Shown one piece after another: positions 24,630 through 36,397 of a stretch of 64,000 nucleotides of DNA; the stretch's first letter is position 1; every line of letters begins with the position of its first letter. Under the pieces are notes generated by a model. That model saw only the letters and a list, made by a program, of their open reading frames with translations, was not told where the DNA came from and did no database searches. The stretch spans positions 248,001 to 312,000 of the forward strand of contig JANHCV010000013.1 of the NCBI GenBank assembly GCA_025594325.1. The letters are read 5' to 3'. Position numbers and translations under genes: made by a program. This stretch comes from Blastocladiella emersonii ATCC 22665 (lineage: Eukaryota; Fungi; Blastocladiomycota).

Positions 24630-27600
24630 ATGGCCAACGACGAACGACACGCTTCGCCACCCGCACCCGCACCCGCTGCAGCAGCGGCGGATCAGCTCGC
24701 CTCTCCCCGCTCGCCACCGCCTCCTCGAACGGCTGCCAGTCTGCCACGACGCGAGCCCGAACCCGCCATGTATCACCCACTCCGCACCGACGGACCTGCC
24801 CTCGATCCCGCTACTCGGCGGGCGACGGGCCGCCCCGCCGTCGCGTCGTTTGCCTCGGCCAGCGCGCTGTCGAGCCTGACCAGCAACACGCGCCTCATCT
24901 CCATATACCGCACCCTGTCGGACCGCGGCGATGGCGAGGACGTGTCGGATCACGAGGAGGAGCACGATACGGTGCTGTCGACGCGCGCCTCGCCCACGTC
25001 CGGCTCGCGCCTCGACCGCGAGCTCCTCGACCCCGACTCGCTGCCCGCCCGCGTCGCTTCGCGCCCCGGCAGCGTCGTCAGCACCTCGATTCCCGCCGAC
25101 ACCACGACGGCCGCCACGGCGGCGACGAGCAGCAACCTGATGCGCCGCTACCTCGACTCGCTCGGCGTCGACTACGAGAACGCCACCTCCTCCACTACAA
25201 TCAAGTCGCCCCGCCTCCGCCCCATGTCGCTTGACTGCGCCGCGTCGTCGCTGCACCCGAGCGACGCGCCGGGCAGCGACGTCGGCAGCGGCCTGCACTC
25301 GTTCCTGCAGCACCGCGGGGCCCCACCTCCTCCGCTTTCCCCCAAACTCGACGAGACCACCACCCATACAGCTCCGCGTGCGTCGATGCTCGTCCAGTCG
25401 CTTGATCTCGCCGCCGAGCGACCCGCCCTCCGCGTCGATCTGGCCGCGCTGGGCGGCGTCCGCATCACGCCGACCCAGTCGCGCGAGCCCTCACCCACCC
25501 GCGCCGGCTCCGGCTGGCAGTTCCCGTCCATTTCGCGCACCGTCCGCCGCGCCGCCACCCTTGGTCGTCGCAAGCCGTCCGCGTCGGGCCCGCTTCTCAG
25601 CCCGCTGCCGGGCGTCGGTGGCAGTGGCCCCGCGACGCTCAACCGCCTCAACGTGCCCCGCGCGTCGCCTTCCGGTTCCTCGCCCACGACGGAACTGAAG
25701 CTCGAGCCCGGCCAGTTCTACTCGCTGCCGCGCTCGGACCGCAGCGCGCCCATGGTTGTGATGCGCTCGCTCGGCCGCGACGAGTTTGCCTCGCTCCAGG
25801 AAATGGTCGCATCCGCGTCGTCGCCCCTCACGGCCACGCACCAGCCGGCGTCGTCCCTCGACCGCTCGCTCGGCGGCGAGACCCTCGTCTCCCCGACCAC
25901 CGCCGCCACCACCACGACCACGGAACCACAAACACCCGCGCTCGTCGTGCCGCAGCTGCCCGAGGACACGGACCGCGTCGTCATCACGGCGGGGCAGCTC
26001 AAGCAGCTCGTGCCGCGGCTCGACGCGCACCCGCCGGCGGTCCGCGCCATGCTCGGGATCCGCCCGCTCGACGCCACCGACGGCGAGGTGCTCGAGCTCG
26101 ACCTCGGCCAGTTCATCCCGCTCGTCGCGCTGCTGTCGTCGTCGGGCGCGGTCGCGCTCGACCACAAGGCGACCGAGGCCAAGACGGACCTGCTGTACCG
26201 GCTGCTGCTCGAGGGGTCGTCGACGCTGGGCGTGGTCGACCGCGACGCGATTGCGGCCGTCGTGGACCGCGCGCTCGCCGCCAACTCGCTGTACCTCGAC
26301 CCGGCGGATGTGGACGCGCTCGTCGACGTGCTGCTGGCGCGGCTCGACGTGGACCGCGACGGTGTCGTGTCGCACCACGATTTCACGCTGGTGACGCGGC
26401 AGTGGGACCTGTCGCGCATCGGGCTGCCGCTCGCTCCGACCATTGCGGGTGGGCGTGCGCGCGACGTTGACCTGTTCGAGAACGACTACCTCGCCGCGAC
26501 GGCCGGGATGCCCATGTCGCCGACGCTGCAGGGGTTCGCGGGTCCCACCTCCCGCACGACGGGTAGTGGTGATGGTGGACCCGTCGGTCGCAGCCGTGCC
26601 TCGTACGTCAAGGATGCGTCGCAGTGGCTGCTCCGCCGGTCGTCGCAGATCTTTCACCACACGTTCGAGCCGACCCCGCCGCCACCGACGAAACCTGCAC
26701 CCGTCCGCACCGAGCATCGTGGCTCGGCCGCTTCGTCATCCGCGTCCTCATCTGCCCCCTCCACCGCACCCGAAAGACAACCCCCAACCCAGAGACCGTC
26801 GCCGCTGCAGAGCTACCTCAAGCTCGAGGGCCCAAAGCTCGCGTGCGTCGCCCTGTTCACGGCCGCGGGGCTCACCACGTTCCTGTACCAGTTTGTCAAG
26901 TACGCGTCGGTGCCCGCGGTGCGCGAGCACTTTGGGCTGTGGGTGTCGGTCGCCAAGGGGTCGGCGCACCTGCTGATGCTCACGCTGGCGCTGCAGTTCC
27001 TGCTCGTGTGCCGCACCGCGCTGACGGCGATGCGCAGCGTGCCGGGGCTCAACTGGATCCCCATTAACAAGCACATTGTGTGGCACCGGTACTGCGGGTT
27101 CGTGGTGGTCGCGGCGTCGGCGGTGCACACGCTGTGCCACGTCGCGGGCTCGTTCCCCGCGCTGGCCGGGTCCGAGGCGGCGCGTGCCGTGGTCAAGCTG
27201 CCGCCGGTCGGGTACTGGGACCTGATGCTGCTGTCGATCCCGGGCAGCACCGGGTGGGCGCTCGTCGTGCTGTTTGGGCTGCTGGCGGCCACGTCGACGG
27301 TGCGGTTCCGGCGCTGGCACTTTGACACCTTCTTCACGGTGCACCACCTGTTTGTGCTGATCGTGGTGCTGCTGCTGCTGCACGGGGCGGCGCAGCTGCT
27401 GAGCCCGCCGGCGGCGTGGAAGTACCTGGTGGGCCCGGTGGCCGTGTACGCGGGCGAGCGGTTCCTGCGGGTGTGGCGGTCGCGGTCGGCGGTGCCCGTG
27501 CTGCACGCGCGGATCCAGGCCGACACGCTGGTGCTGGTGCTGGAGCGGCCGGCGCACCTGGGCGGGTACGTGAGCGGGCAGTACGTGTTCCTGAATATCC

Positions 27601-28523
27601 CATCAATCTCGCGGTGGCAGTGGCACCCGTTCACGCTGACCTCGGCGAGCGCGGACCCGTTCCTGTCGCTGCGGGTGAAGCGGGCGGGCGACTGGACGGG
27701 CGCGCTGTTCGACCTGCTGGCGCCCATGGCCGAGACGGTCGTGTTCTCGGGTTCGGGTCCCGGAGCGGGTTCACGCGGTGACGGCGCAGCGGGGCGGCAA
27801 CAACACCAGCAGCGGGTGTTGCAGCGTGTCATGACATTGACGGCAGCGGCGGCGCCCGCAGTGTACGTGGACGGTCCGTTTGGCGCGGCGTCGCAAGAGT
27901 TTTTCGAGTACGACCAGGTCATGTTCATTGCGACGGGGGTGGGCGCGACGCCGTTCCTGTCGATTCTCAAGCAGATCGAGTACCTGGTGCAGGAGCAGCA
28001 GCCGACTGGTCCGAGTAAAACGGTACCGAATGGAAACGACCCCGAGAAGCCGGGAACCGACGCTGGGTGGACGTCGGCGGTGCGGCGCGTCGACTTCTTC
28101 TGGATCAACCGCGACCAGCGCGGGTTCAAGTGGATGGCCGAGGTGCTGCGCGGCGTCGACCCGCGGGCGCGGCGCGTGCTGCGGGTGCACACGTTCCTGA
28201 CGTGCGCGGCGGACGGGTCGGCCGAGCTGTCGTCGTTTCTGCTGTGGTGGGGGCTCCGGCTGCTGCAGCGGCAGCGCGGCGGCGTGTGCCCGCTGACGGG
28301 GCTCGAGGACTCGACGGTCGTGTGGGGGCGGCCCGACTGGGCGTCCATCTTCCAGCAGACGGCGCGGTTGGCGGCGGCGGGCTGCTCTCGTACTACTGGG
28401 AGTGGCAAGGTCGGCGTCTTCTTCTGCGGGCCCAAGCCGCTCGGCAAGGAGATTTACGGCATGGTGCGCGAGATGAACGCGACGAGCGACACGTTTTTCG
28501 TGTTTGCCAAGGAGAACTTTTGA
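24630..28523 (+). CDS. EF-hand-containing NADPH oxidase (NoxC/NOX5/RBOH-like), intronless, ~1297 aa
   Basis: EF loop DVDRDGVVSHHDF, heme-ligand His pairs in TM helices, FAD-binding QWHPFTLTS, NADPH-binding VDGPFG, ATGVGATPF and FFCGP, and C-terminal KENF. Confidence 0.93.
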   Translation: MANDERHASPPAPAPAAAAADQLASPRSPPPPRTAASLPRREPEPAMYHPLRTDGPALDPATRRATGRPAVASFASASALSSLTSNTRLISIYRTLSDRGDGEDVSDHEEEHDTVLSTRASPTSGSRLDRELLDPDSLPARVASRPGSVVSTSIPADTTTAATAATSSNLMRRYLDSLGVDYENATSSTTIKSPRLRPMSLDCAASSLHPSDAPGSDVGSGLHSFLQHRGAPPPPLSPKLDETTTHTAPRASMLVQSLDLAAERPALRVDLAALGGVRITPTQSREPSPTRAGSGWQFPSISRTVRRAATLGRRKPSASGPLLSPLPGVGGSGPATLNRLNVPRASPSGSSPTTELKLEPGQFYSLPRSDRSAPMVVMRSLGRDEFASLQEMVASASSPLTATHQPASSLDRSLGGETLVSPTTAATTTTTEPQTPALVVPQLPEDTDRVVITAGQLKQLVPRLDAHPPAVRAMLGIRPLDATDGEVLELDLGQFIPLVALLSSSGAVALDHKATEAKTDLLYRLLLEGSSTLGVVDRDAIAAVVDRALAANSLYLDPADVDALVDVLLARLDVDRDGVVSHHDFTLVTRQWDLSRIGLPLAPTIAGGRARDVDLFENDYLAATAGMPMSPTLQGFAGPTSRTTGSGDGGPVGRSRASYVKDASQWLLRRSSQIFHHTFEPTPPPPTKPAPVRTEHRGSAASSSASSSAPSTAPERQPPTQRPSPLQSYLKLEGPKLACVALFTAAGLTTFLYQFVKYASVPAVREHFGLWVSVAKGSAHLLMLTLALQFLLVCRTALTAMRSVPGLNWIPINKHIVWHRYCGFVVVAASAVHTLCHVAGSFPALAGSEAARAVVKLPPVGYWDLMLLSIPGSTGWALVVLFGLLAATSTVRFRRWHFDTFFTVHHLFVLIVVLLLLHGAAQLLSPPAAWKYLVGPVAVYAGERFLRVWRSRSAVPVLHARIQADTLVLVLERPAHLGGYVSGQYVFLNIPSISRWQWHPFTLTSASADPFLSLRVKRAGDWTGALFDLLAPMAETVVFSGSGPGAGSRGDGAAGRQQHQQRVLQRVMTLTAAAAPAVYVDGPFGAASQEFFEYDQVMFIATGVGATPFLSILKQIEYLVQEQQPTGPSKTVPNGNDPEKPGTDAGWTSAVRRVDFFWINRDQRGFKWMAEVLRGVDPRARRVLRVHTFLTCAADGSAELSSFLLWWGLRLLQRQRGGVCPLTGLEDSTVVWGRPDWASIFQQTARLAAAGCSRTTGSGKVGVFFCGPKPLGKEIYGMVREMNATSDTFFVFAKENF

Positions 28524-28761
28524 TTTGTGCGATATCCCCTGTTCATATTCATACATCTGTGGTTGTGCCTCCTCGAGACGGGCGAGAGACGCGTCGCGAA
28601 ATCACGTTTCGCACAGAGATGCGATCGGCGGCCTCCACGTGGGCCGCGACTCACCCGGCGCCCGCAAAGCCACTCGCAGCCGCTCGGCGTCAGAGTCCCC
28701 GCGCTATAAAACCGGCCGCCCTCTCTCGCCCCCCTTGCAACAACGACCAAATGCAAAGCTC

Positions 28762-29796
28762 ATGAACATGGCCGCACGATTTATCGCCCTCCGCGTCCCC
28801 GCGTCATCCGCCAACCTCGGCCCGGGCTACGACACGCTCGGCCTCGCCCACGGCCTGTACCTCGACGTGCGCGCCACCTTCACGCCCGACGCTTCTTTGG
28901 ATGCGCTCCACGTCACCGAGGTCACGTACGAGGGCAGCGACGCCGCCACCATCTCGTGCGACCCGCGCAAGAACCTCGTCGCGGCCACCATGCTCGACAC
29001 GCTCCCGTCCTCGTCGCCCAAACCACAGGCCGGCCGCCTCGCCGTCCACATTGACAACCCGATCCCGCTCGGCCGCGGGCTCGGCAGCAGCGGGTCGGCC
29101 GTCGTCGCCGGCGTCGTGCTCGCGCGGTGGGTCGGCGGCTTCGACTGGGACCGCCAGGCGCTGCTCGAGCGGTGCGTCGCCATCGAGGGCCACCCCGACA
29201 ATGTCGCCGCGTCGCTGCTCGGCGGCTTCGTCGCTTCCTACACTACCCGCGAAAACGACGTGTACAGCGTGCAGCTGCCGTTCGACTCGGAGCACATTGC
29301 CCTGTTCGCGGCTGTCCCCGACTACCACACGCCCACGGCGCTCGCGCGCGCCGCCCTGCCCGGGTCCTACTCGACGCACGACGTCGTCCACTCGCTGCAG
29401 CGCGTCACGCTGCTGACGCACCTGCTCGCCAACCCGAGCGCCGGCACGCTGCTGCCGCACCGCACGCCCGAGGTCTTTGGGCACCTGCTCGACGACGTGA
29501 TCCACCAGCCGTTCCGCGAGCACCTGATCCCGGGCTTCCGCGAGCTGCGGGGCGCGCTGCGCGACGCCCACCCGGCGGGCATTCTGGGCGCGTGCGTCTC
29601 GGGCGCCGGCCCGACGGTCCTCATCTTTGCCAACCGCGGCGCCGTGACCCACGCCGAGCTCGAGGCCACGGTCAAGCGCGTGTACGGCGTGCTGCCGCAC
29701 CCCGAGCGGGACGTGGAGAGTGGTGCGACCATTGGCGTCCAGCTGTACGCGCTCGACCCGGCGACGGAGGGCACCACCTGGACCGAGTCGCCGTGA
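28762..29796 (+). CDS. THR1: Homoserine kinase (GHMP kinase family)
   Basis: RVPASSANLGPGYDTLGLA, IPLGRGLGSSGSA, EGHPDN and SGAGPT motifs. Confidence 0.95.
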   Translation: MNMAARFIALRVPASSANLGPGYDTLGLAHGLYLDVRATFTPDASLDALHVTEVTYEGSDAATISCDPRKNLVAATMLDTLPSSSPKPQAGRLAVHIDNPIPLGRGLGSSGSAVVAGVVLARWVGGFDWDRQALLERCVAIEGHPDNVAASLLGGFVASYTTRENDVYSVQLPFDSEHIALFAAVPDYHTPTALARAALPGSYSTHDVVHSLQRVTLLTHLLANPSAGTLLPHRTPEVFGHLLDDVIHQPFREHLIPGFRELRGALRDAHPAGILGACVSGAGPTVLIFANRGAVTHAELEATVKRVYGVLPHPERDVESGATIGVQLYALDPATEGTTWTESP

Positions 29797-31689
29797 AACC
29801 GTCTCCTCACTCGCAATACAACTACATGCATCTGACTGCGCTTCTTTGAACCCGTCGGTCGATTCCTGCGTTGACAAGGCGCTCGAAGTGAGCGGTTTTC
29901 CCAATGACGTCACTCATGTGCGTGGCGCGGCGCGTCTTCCACATCTCCCACCACGCAGCTCGGTCGCTCGGGTTGCGGTCTCGCGTCGCAATTTTAATCT
30001 TGATTTAAATACTGCAGAGTTGGCGGTGGAGTCCTCGCCGAGAAAACCAAAAGGATAATATCCTGTAATGAAATTCGAGCCCGTACGTTGTGCCAACTAC
30101 CATTCATCGTCTACCCCATGCTGACCCGAGAATCGAACACAGGGCGGTTGGATGTGTGTACTGTGACAGTCCGCCGAACCCCAACTCCAAGACATGCACT
30201 GGGCGTCAATTTTCGCCCAAGTTGTTGGCGCTAAATGAAGTTTGGATTCGCAGCCCGCGGAGGCCGCTTAAACCAGAATAGGAGGAGAAGCAGCCAGCCA
30301 GAGCGAGGGGATTGGGACCTGAGGAAAAGTTGTGGGGTGCCATGGGAAAGTTTGTTCATCATTTGCCAAGCCAGGGCTGATGCTGGCGTGTAAAGCTGCG
30401 AGGCCATAAGCTGGTTGCCCGGCGACCAATCACACCTCCCGCAGTTCGCAAGCGTCAACTCGCGCGAACTTGTCGGCGTCAAGTTGCCCGCTTCGCGAAT
30501 CACGCGTAGCGTGGCGAGAGCAGACTCAACTGAATCGGCAAGCATGATGTGCAGCTGTACAAGGTACGGCTCGACAATGGAATCAAGCATGTGCGGGCGC
30601 CCTGAGTAGGGAAACTAGTCGCGAAATCTTTTGACACTCGCGTGCCGCCGGGTCGAGCGCGAACCGTCGGATTAGGTTCAAGAGGTTTCCCACATAGAGC
30701 AGCACAGTCGCGCCATGCGTCGATGAAGCGTAGATCAGGAAAATCGCGGCCGCAAGGACCGTGGTCTTGACATCGAAGTCAGCGGAGAAGCCGTCGGCGT
30801 CAGCAATCGGGGCAATCAACTTGGCAAACTGATGTGCAAGGTGATCCAAGTCGGGTTCGTGACACAAAAGGAATAATATGCACCCATTGTGCTCGGCGAG
30901 GTGCTGGTAGGCAAATTCGACCAGAAAAGTACGCTGAAGTAGGGTCGTGGATCAGTTTGGAGGTGTGAGCAGGTTCTTCCAGCAGTATCAAGCGTACCGT
31001 CGCCCATCGTGCTTGATGGTGAGGAAGCTCGGCACGATGGATGCGTTCTTGATGGAGGTTCGTGCTGTGAAGAGGTTCACGAGAAGAGACGGTGAAGAGA
31101 TTCACGATAGAATAACATGCTGCACGTGGCGAATAATACTAGCAACTGGTCAAAGAAACAAGAGAAAGAGGATTGGGGGACGCGTCACTCGGCAAGGCGA
31201 GCCGGTCCGCAGCGATGACAAATTGGAAAAGGGCAGCAGCGCGAGGCGTGTGACGCGCGCGACGTGGGCGGGGTCGCACGTGTCCGGCAACTGTGGCGCA
31301 ACGCGGTCACGTGTAATTGAACTGCGTGTCGCGACGAGCAGTGTCAACAATGCTCGTGCGTCACTTGCGCATGTGCAACTCAACGAAGCGGTCTAACTTG
31401 GGATCCGTTGGCTTCCTGGGCGCGAGCCGAGCAATCCAGTACAACCGTGGCCACGTCATCAAGCGTGCCCGCTGGAATCGCCTCGCACACCCTCAATCGG
31501 ATCACGCAACTCCGTGTGGCGCATCGCATGGCACCTAAAGAGACGCGTGTTACTTACAGGTCATCGTTAGGCTGCCAAATCTTACGTCTGAGGCAGCGCT
31601 ACGAGTCGTTCACTATCGTTGTTCGCATTGCGTCGTGTTCTTCGCGCCGCTGTGTCAGTGAAGCCACTGTTGTATATCTTTCGCAAAAC

Positions 31690-33996
31690 TCAGTCTTCAA
31701 CGATACCCACGCGCCACTTGCGCGTGTGCAGGTTGACGAGGTGATCGAACTTGGGTTCCGACATTGTCTTTGGAGCGAGGTGCTTCAGCCCAAGCAAGTA
31801 CTCTCGCTGGCCTCGGAACTCAGCCGCAAGCTTTGCAATTTCGTAGACGGTGGCTACGCCATCAAGTACGCCAGAGGGCATCGCCTCGCAAACCTTGGGC
31901 GGAACGGGACTGTGTGCCTCAACGAACGCGTAGAGCCATCGTGGGTCGGCGCGCGCAATCGACTCGAACAAGTGCTTGGTTGGTCCGCCACAAGGGGCCG
32001 CACGAGCGCAGCAGGTGTTTCCATTCTCTCGCTCGAGCGCGGTGCTCAGCTGGTAGGTAAACTGGCGGCCTCCAGACGACCGACTTGAGCTGCTACGACA
32101 GAATGAGTTTGCGATCTCTCGCAGCGCATCCGGAAACTTATTCAAAAGCACATCGAGTCCGTTACGCCAGAGCCGCTGGTATGTGAAAGGGCAGCTTGCG
32201 CAACGTGTCAGACCGGGAACTCCAAACGTGCAAGGCGTGGCCTCGTATCCCGTCACCCACACCATCGCTGCGAGAAGCTGAGAGGCCACGTTGGTCTCAG
32301 AGATAACTTCAAGGGCACGTTCGCGGGCCTCGGGTACAGCGAGCGCAATCGAGGTGAGCCATGCCACCGAACGAGGCGCTGGCGGAGCGTCGCCGCGGTT
32401 CGTGCCAAGGATGCGAATCAGCTTGGTCACGATGGACATGAGATCGACCGGGTCGGCGACCAAGTCGCAGTTGAGCAACCATTCGATTGCGTCACTTGTG
32501 GAGGTGCTCATGAAGAAGGCCTCGCTAAACTGCTCGGACAAATCGTCGAGTCCCGACTCGCGGGCGAGCCGGACAACATTCTGAGCAGCGGTGAACAAGG
32601 CCGCAGGCAGCTCCTTGCGAGGCCGCTCCTCGCGCTCCGCTGAGACCAAGCTGGTGAAAGCTACATGTCAAACCGAGCCCACTCAGTCAAGCTCAACGTT
32701 ACCTAACTTTCAAAGCGACGCACCTTCAATGATGGCCTTGATCCATTCCTCGCGGCCAAGGTAGCCGCGGATCAGGTCAACAATCACCGGCATGTGGATC
32801 AGCGCCTTGGCGAGAGCAGTGCTCCAGATGCGAGAGTTGGCGGGAAGCACGCCGTGGTGAAGGATAACCGTAAACTGGTCAGGGGAAATTCGGGGCTCGT
32901 CCTCAAGCCAGTTAAGTACTCGATAACCAACAGGATTGTTTTCGCCATCGGTTTTGCCCTCGAGAACGATTCGAGCGTGGTGTGTGAGCGCATGCGCGAG
33001 CGCGGACGGGCCGCACGCCGAGATCGCGTCCACAAGCCAACCCGTGCGCGCTGCCGCGGTGTTCGACCAGCCGTTCGCGACAAGCCAGTCGAGGACCTGC
33101 ATTCCGGAGCCGCCGCTCGAAATGCCCTCGAGGCGTTTGGTTAAAATATGCGCAATAAGCTCGATACGGAGGAACTTGATGAGAGCAGGTACATCCAGAC
33201 CGAGGCGGGAATCAAGAATGAGCTCGAGCATGCCAAAGTCCCAGCTGTGTACGGCCAAGTATCCGAGAAACTCGGCGAGCTGAAGGGGCTCTTCGTGAGG
33301 GTCCCCTGCATCGACTGAGTCCAGTAGCCACAACACGCTAGCCATGGCGCAAGGCGAATCGAGATGCAGAGTCTTGGAGGTCCAATTTTCCCAAGTCATG
33401 GACACTTGGAGAAGCACCGGGCAATGCTGGAGTAAGTCCTCGAGAATTTGGCGGAAGAGAGTCGTGCGGCCAGTCCCAGCAGCCGTGAACAGGATGAGAA
33501 GCACCGTCGCGAGTGGAGGCCGAGAGAGCGGTGATTTCGAGGCCACGGTCGCGCTGGCATGAACTTGTACCGCGAGCTGCGCTGCGGACTTGCCGCGTAC
33601 ACGGCTGGCCAGCCGCTTTCCCCCGATTGCGGCCACGTAAGCTTGGAGCAGCGCCGTATTCGAGGCATAGAGATGTTTTGGATTTTTCTTAGTCCGTCCC
33701 TGCCAGGCCTGTGATTTGGATCGCCGCAGCATCCAAAGTAGCCGATGCACGAGAGTCAAGGACGAGCCGCAAGATTCAGACCGAGTCGAGCGGACTGTCT
33801 GCGGGCATTCGGCAAGGACTCGATTGATCTCGGAAATTGACCAAGCGGTGAGGACCGAACGCTCGACGGCGGCCTGCGACAACTTGCGCGACGCGGCGGG
33901 CACCACGGAGCGGGGCGCCGCGAGTTGGCACACCCGGGTCAGAATGTCGTCTGGCGCTTCGGGCAAGGTCGCCGGTAGTTGCTGATCACAATGCAT
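31690..33996 (-). CDS. F-box-like + helical-repeat gene, copy B (apparently intact, 2 exons)
   Basis: ORFs 32710-34020 and 31690-32649 join in frame through a 63-nt GTGCGT...TAG intron (32661-32723). C-terminal CASCPFTYQ...NTCC. Confidence 0.7.
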
Positions 33997-34119
33997 GGAG
34001 TCTTGCCTGGTTTTCGTCACGTTTCATTGAAGTGAGAGGAGCGGGCTCCGCGAGACGCGTCGGAGTATTTTGAAACGCGTTGCTTCAAGCGTGGGAGACG
34101 CGCGCGCGATTACTCCTCT

Positions 34120-34960
34120 GACGTCGGACGACTCTTTGAATATATTTTCCAGAGCACCACCACGTTCCATAGAGTGCGTCAAAGCATGGCCTCGCGGATC
34201 TTGGGCGGAACAGATCCATCGGCCTCAAGCAACGCATCCAGCGACGCTCGATCAGCACGCGCAACCGCTGCGAGAAGGTGACGCGTCAGCCCGCCGCCGT
34301 TGGGAGCGCGTGGAGCGCAGCAAGTGTTCGCGGTCTCACGAATGAGCGAAGCTTCCAGGCCGCGAGAAAGCGACCGGTTCGCATTCGACTCGGTTTGGTG
34401 GCGGCCAAAGTCAATGTCACGCAAGGCTTCGGGAAAACGAGCGAGCAGAGCGTCAAGTGCGTCGCACCACACGGGCTGGTTCGTGATCGGACATTGCTTG
34501 CAGATTTCGAGACCGGGTGCAGAGAACGAGTGCGGCGGGACCTCGGACGCGGCCATCCAGAGCATGGCACCAAGCAGGAACGACGCGAGGTCCGTCTCGT
34601 CAATGATCTCGAGTGCGCGGGGGCGGGTCGTAGTGGATGCGAGCGCAACGACGACGATCCGCACTATGCTCCAAGTCGCGGGCGCAATACTTTCACCCTT
34701 GGAGCAAGCGAGGCGGATCACATTGACGGTGATTGAGAGGAGATCCAAGGGGTCCGCGACCACGTCCTATTCGAGCAGCGCAACAAGTGTGTTGCTCGCC
34801 GAACTGCAGTTGAGAAGCGTCGCGGTGAAGCTCTCGAACAGGTCGCCGAGGCCCGACTTGCATGCTAGCATAATAATAGTTTGAACCGCAGCCGGCAACA
34901 CTGACGACAAGGTACCATAGACGCCACCAAACGCTTGCTTCTCGTGGATCACGCAACCAA
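34120..34960 (-). pseudogene. F-box-like family copy C, C-terminal half only
   Basis: Aligns to exon 2 of copy B (VADPLDLLSI vs VADPVDLMSI; CKQCPITNQ...NTCC). In-frame TAG at ~34767. The 5' part is replaced by the Fanzor. Confidence 0.7.
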
Positions 34961-35080
34961 AAGCTATACACAGGAGGAGGACGAGGAGGGCGCCGGCGGC
35001 GACACGGTCAAGAAGGCTGCCGGCAAGAAGAAGGCCGGGACCGAGACCACCACCACCACCACCACGGGCGGGCGTCAAGG

Positions 35081-36166
35081 GCGTCGCTCCACGGCAAGTT
35101 CGACAAGCCATTCGCGGGCGTCTCGGTCGACGGCGCGGGCGGCCTCACGCTTGACCAGGTGCTCGCCGAGGCCAACAAGCTCGCGCCCCATGGCTCGGTC
35201 CAGGTCCCGATCCCGGGCGGCCGTGACAAGATCGAGTCGCACAAGAAGAAGATTGTCGTCCGCTCCGGCCAGCCCATGTTCGTCATCGACGCCGGCGTGC
35301 GCGACTTCCTCACCGGCTTCGTCGTGCCGTTCGAGCTCGCGCGCCTGTTCCGGCGGCTCCAGTACCTCGCGTACTTGGCAGCGCAGGGTGGCGACGGCCC
35401 GTGGTCCGAGGTGCTCAAGGCGTACATTCGGTCGGCGGTCTCGCGCGTCGTCCTGACTCGGCCGCTGTTCCGGTCGCTGTCGAGTCGCGAGTTCCACCAC
35501 CACGTCGGCACCGACCAGGCCCGCGACCAGCGCAAGGCGTCGCGCGTCAAGGCGGGCCTCGTACCAGGCGATGCAGCGCACTCGTGCGTTGCCGGCGACC
35601 ACCGCGCGGTCGCTCGGGTCGCCACCAAGTACATGGAGGCCAAGGTTGAGGAGAGCTGCAGCCACGGCATGTGTAGCACCAAGTTCACCAACAAGGGCCG
35701 CCGCAAGGCGTACTGGGCCGACCTCGCCCGCGCGCTGCGCGGCCACGTCGCTCTCATCGGCCGCAACTTCTTGGGCTTCGGCATGATCTCCGCGCCCGAC
35801 AAGGGCCCCGTGGTCAAGATGGTCAAGGAGCTGCGCTCGCGCGGCGTCACCGTGTACGTCGTTGACGAGAACTTCTCGAGCAAGTGGTGCGCCGCGTGCG
35901 CCATGGCCGACCCCGCCGCCGCCAAGGCCGACAAGACCAACCTGCTCGGCAAGAAGGACATGAAGGTGTACCAGACGCGCGCGTGTCGTCGCTGCGGCGT
36001 CCGCGTCCAGCGGGACCGCAACGCGGCCGTCAACATCCTCTCGTTCGCCATGAAGCAGCTCGTCTTCGAGGACCAGGCCAAGGACGCGGACGGCAGCCCG
36101 ATGCCCGCCGCCCGCCCCAAGCACCGCTACCACCGCAAGCGCCGCACCACGCCCACGGTCAAGTAG
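35081..36166 (+). CDS. Fanzor1 WED/RuvC/Zn-ribbon region (N-terminal REC part missing, frameshift upstream)
   Basis: FAGVSVDGAGG (WED-like), FVIDAGVRDFLTG (RuvC-I D), VVDENFSSKWCAAC (RuvC-II E), CRRCG..QRDRNAAVNIL (RuvC-III D). No in-frame ATG at the start. Confidence 0.85.
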   Translation, partial: ASLHGKFDKPFAGVSVDGAGGLTLDQVLAEANKLAPHGSVQVPIPGGRDKIESHKKKIVVRSGQPMFVIDAGVRDFLTGFVVPFELARLFRRLQYLAYLAAQGGDGPWSEVLKAYIRSAVSRVVLTRPLFRSLSSREFHHHVGTDQARDQRKASRVKAGLVPGDAAHSCVAGDHRAVARVATKYMEAKVEESCSHGMCSTKFTNKGRRKAYWADLARALRGHVALIGRNFLGFGMISAPDKGPVVKMVKELRSRGVTVYVVDENFSSKWCAACAMADPAAAKADKTNLLGKKDMKVYQTRACRRCGVRVQRDRNAAVNILSFAMKQLVFEDQAKDADGSPMPAARPKHRYHRKRRTTPTVK

Positions 36167-36289
36167 TCCAAGCTGTCCTTTCTTCCTCCCACTCTCCCTC
36201 TCCCCTACGGAGACCGTACGTTGCATTGTGCAGGCGTACGTGCGTGCAGTCCTTGCTTCCAACATCCGATACTTGTGTGCTATCGGTGA

Positions 36290-36397
36290 GGTTGCATTGC
36301 TGATCGCTGCGGCCTGCAGCAGCGCAAACCCGCGAGATGTCCCTGCCCCTTGGGGCCGGATCACCCTCGCACGGCCTAGGGTTGGCCGGTGCCCCTA
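36290..36397 (+). ncRNA. Candidate Fanzor omega-RNA scaffold, 3' part
   Basis: Non-coding 3' region of the element. Stem-loop 36352-36395 (GGGG-CCGG...CCCT/AGGG...CCGG-CCCC) ends directly before TA. The 5' boundary is unknown. Confidence 0.5.

Larger units (their letters stand above)
34965..36397 (+). mobile_element. 5'-truncated Fanzor1 element (eukaryotic TnpB-derived RNA-guided nuclease)
   Basis: Abrupt shift to GC3-rich coding near 34965. The right end is a hairpin followed by CCCCTA at 36397, where an adjacent host LRR ORF loses similarity. The left boundary is approximate. Confidence 0.7.

Noticed and set aside
35081-36166. Bacterial IS605 TnpB contamination
   Set aside because: It is embedded among intron-containing eukaryotic genes, has host-like codon usage and Fanzor1-type motifs, and has no TnpA.
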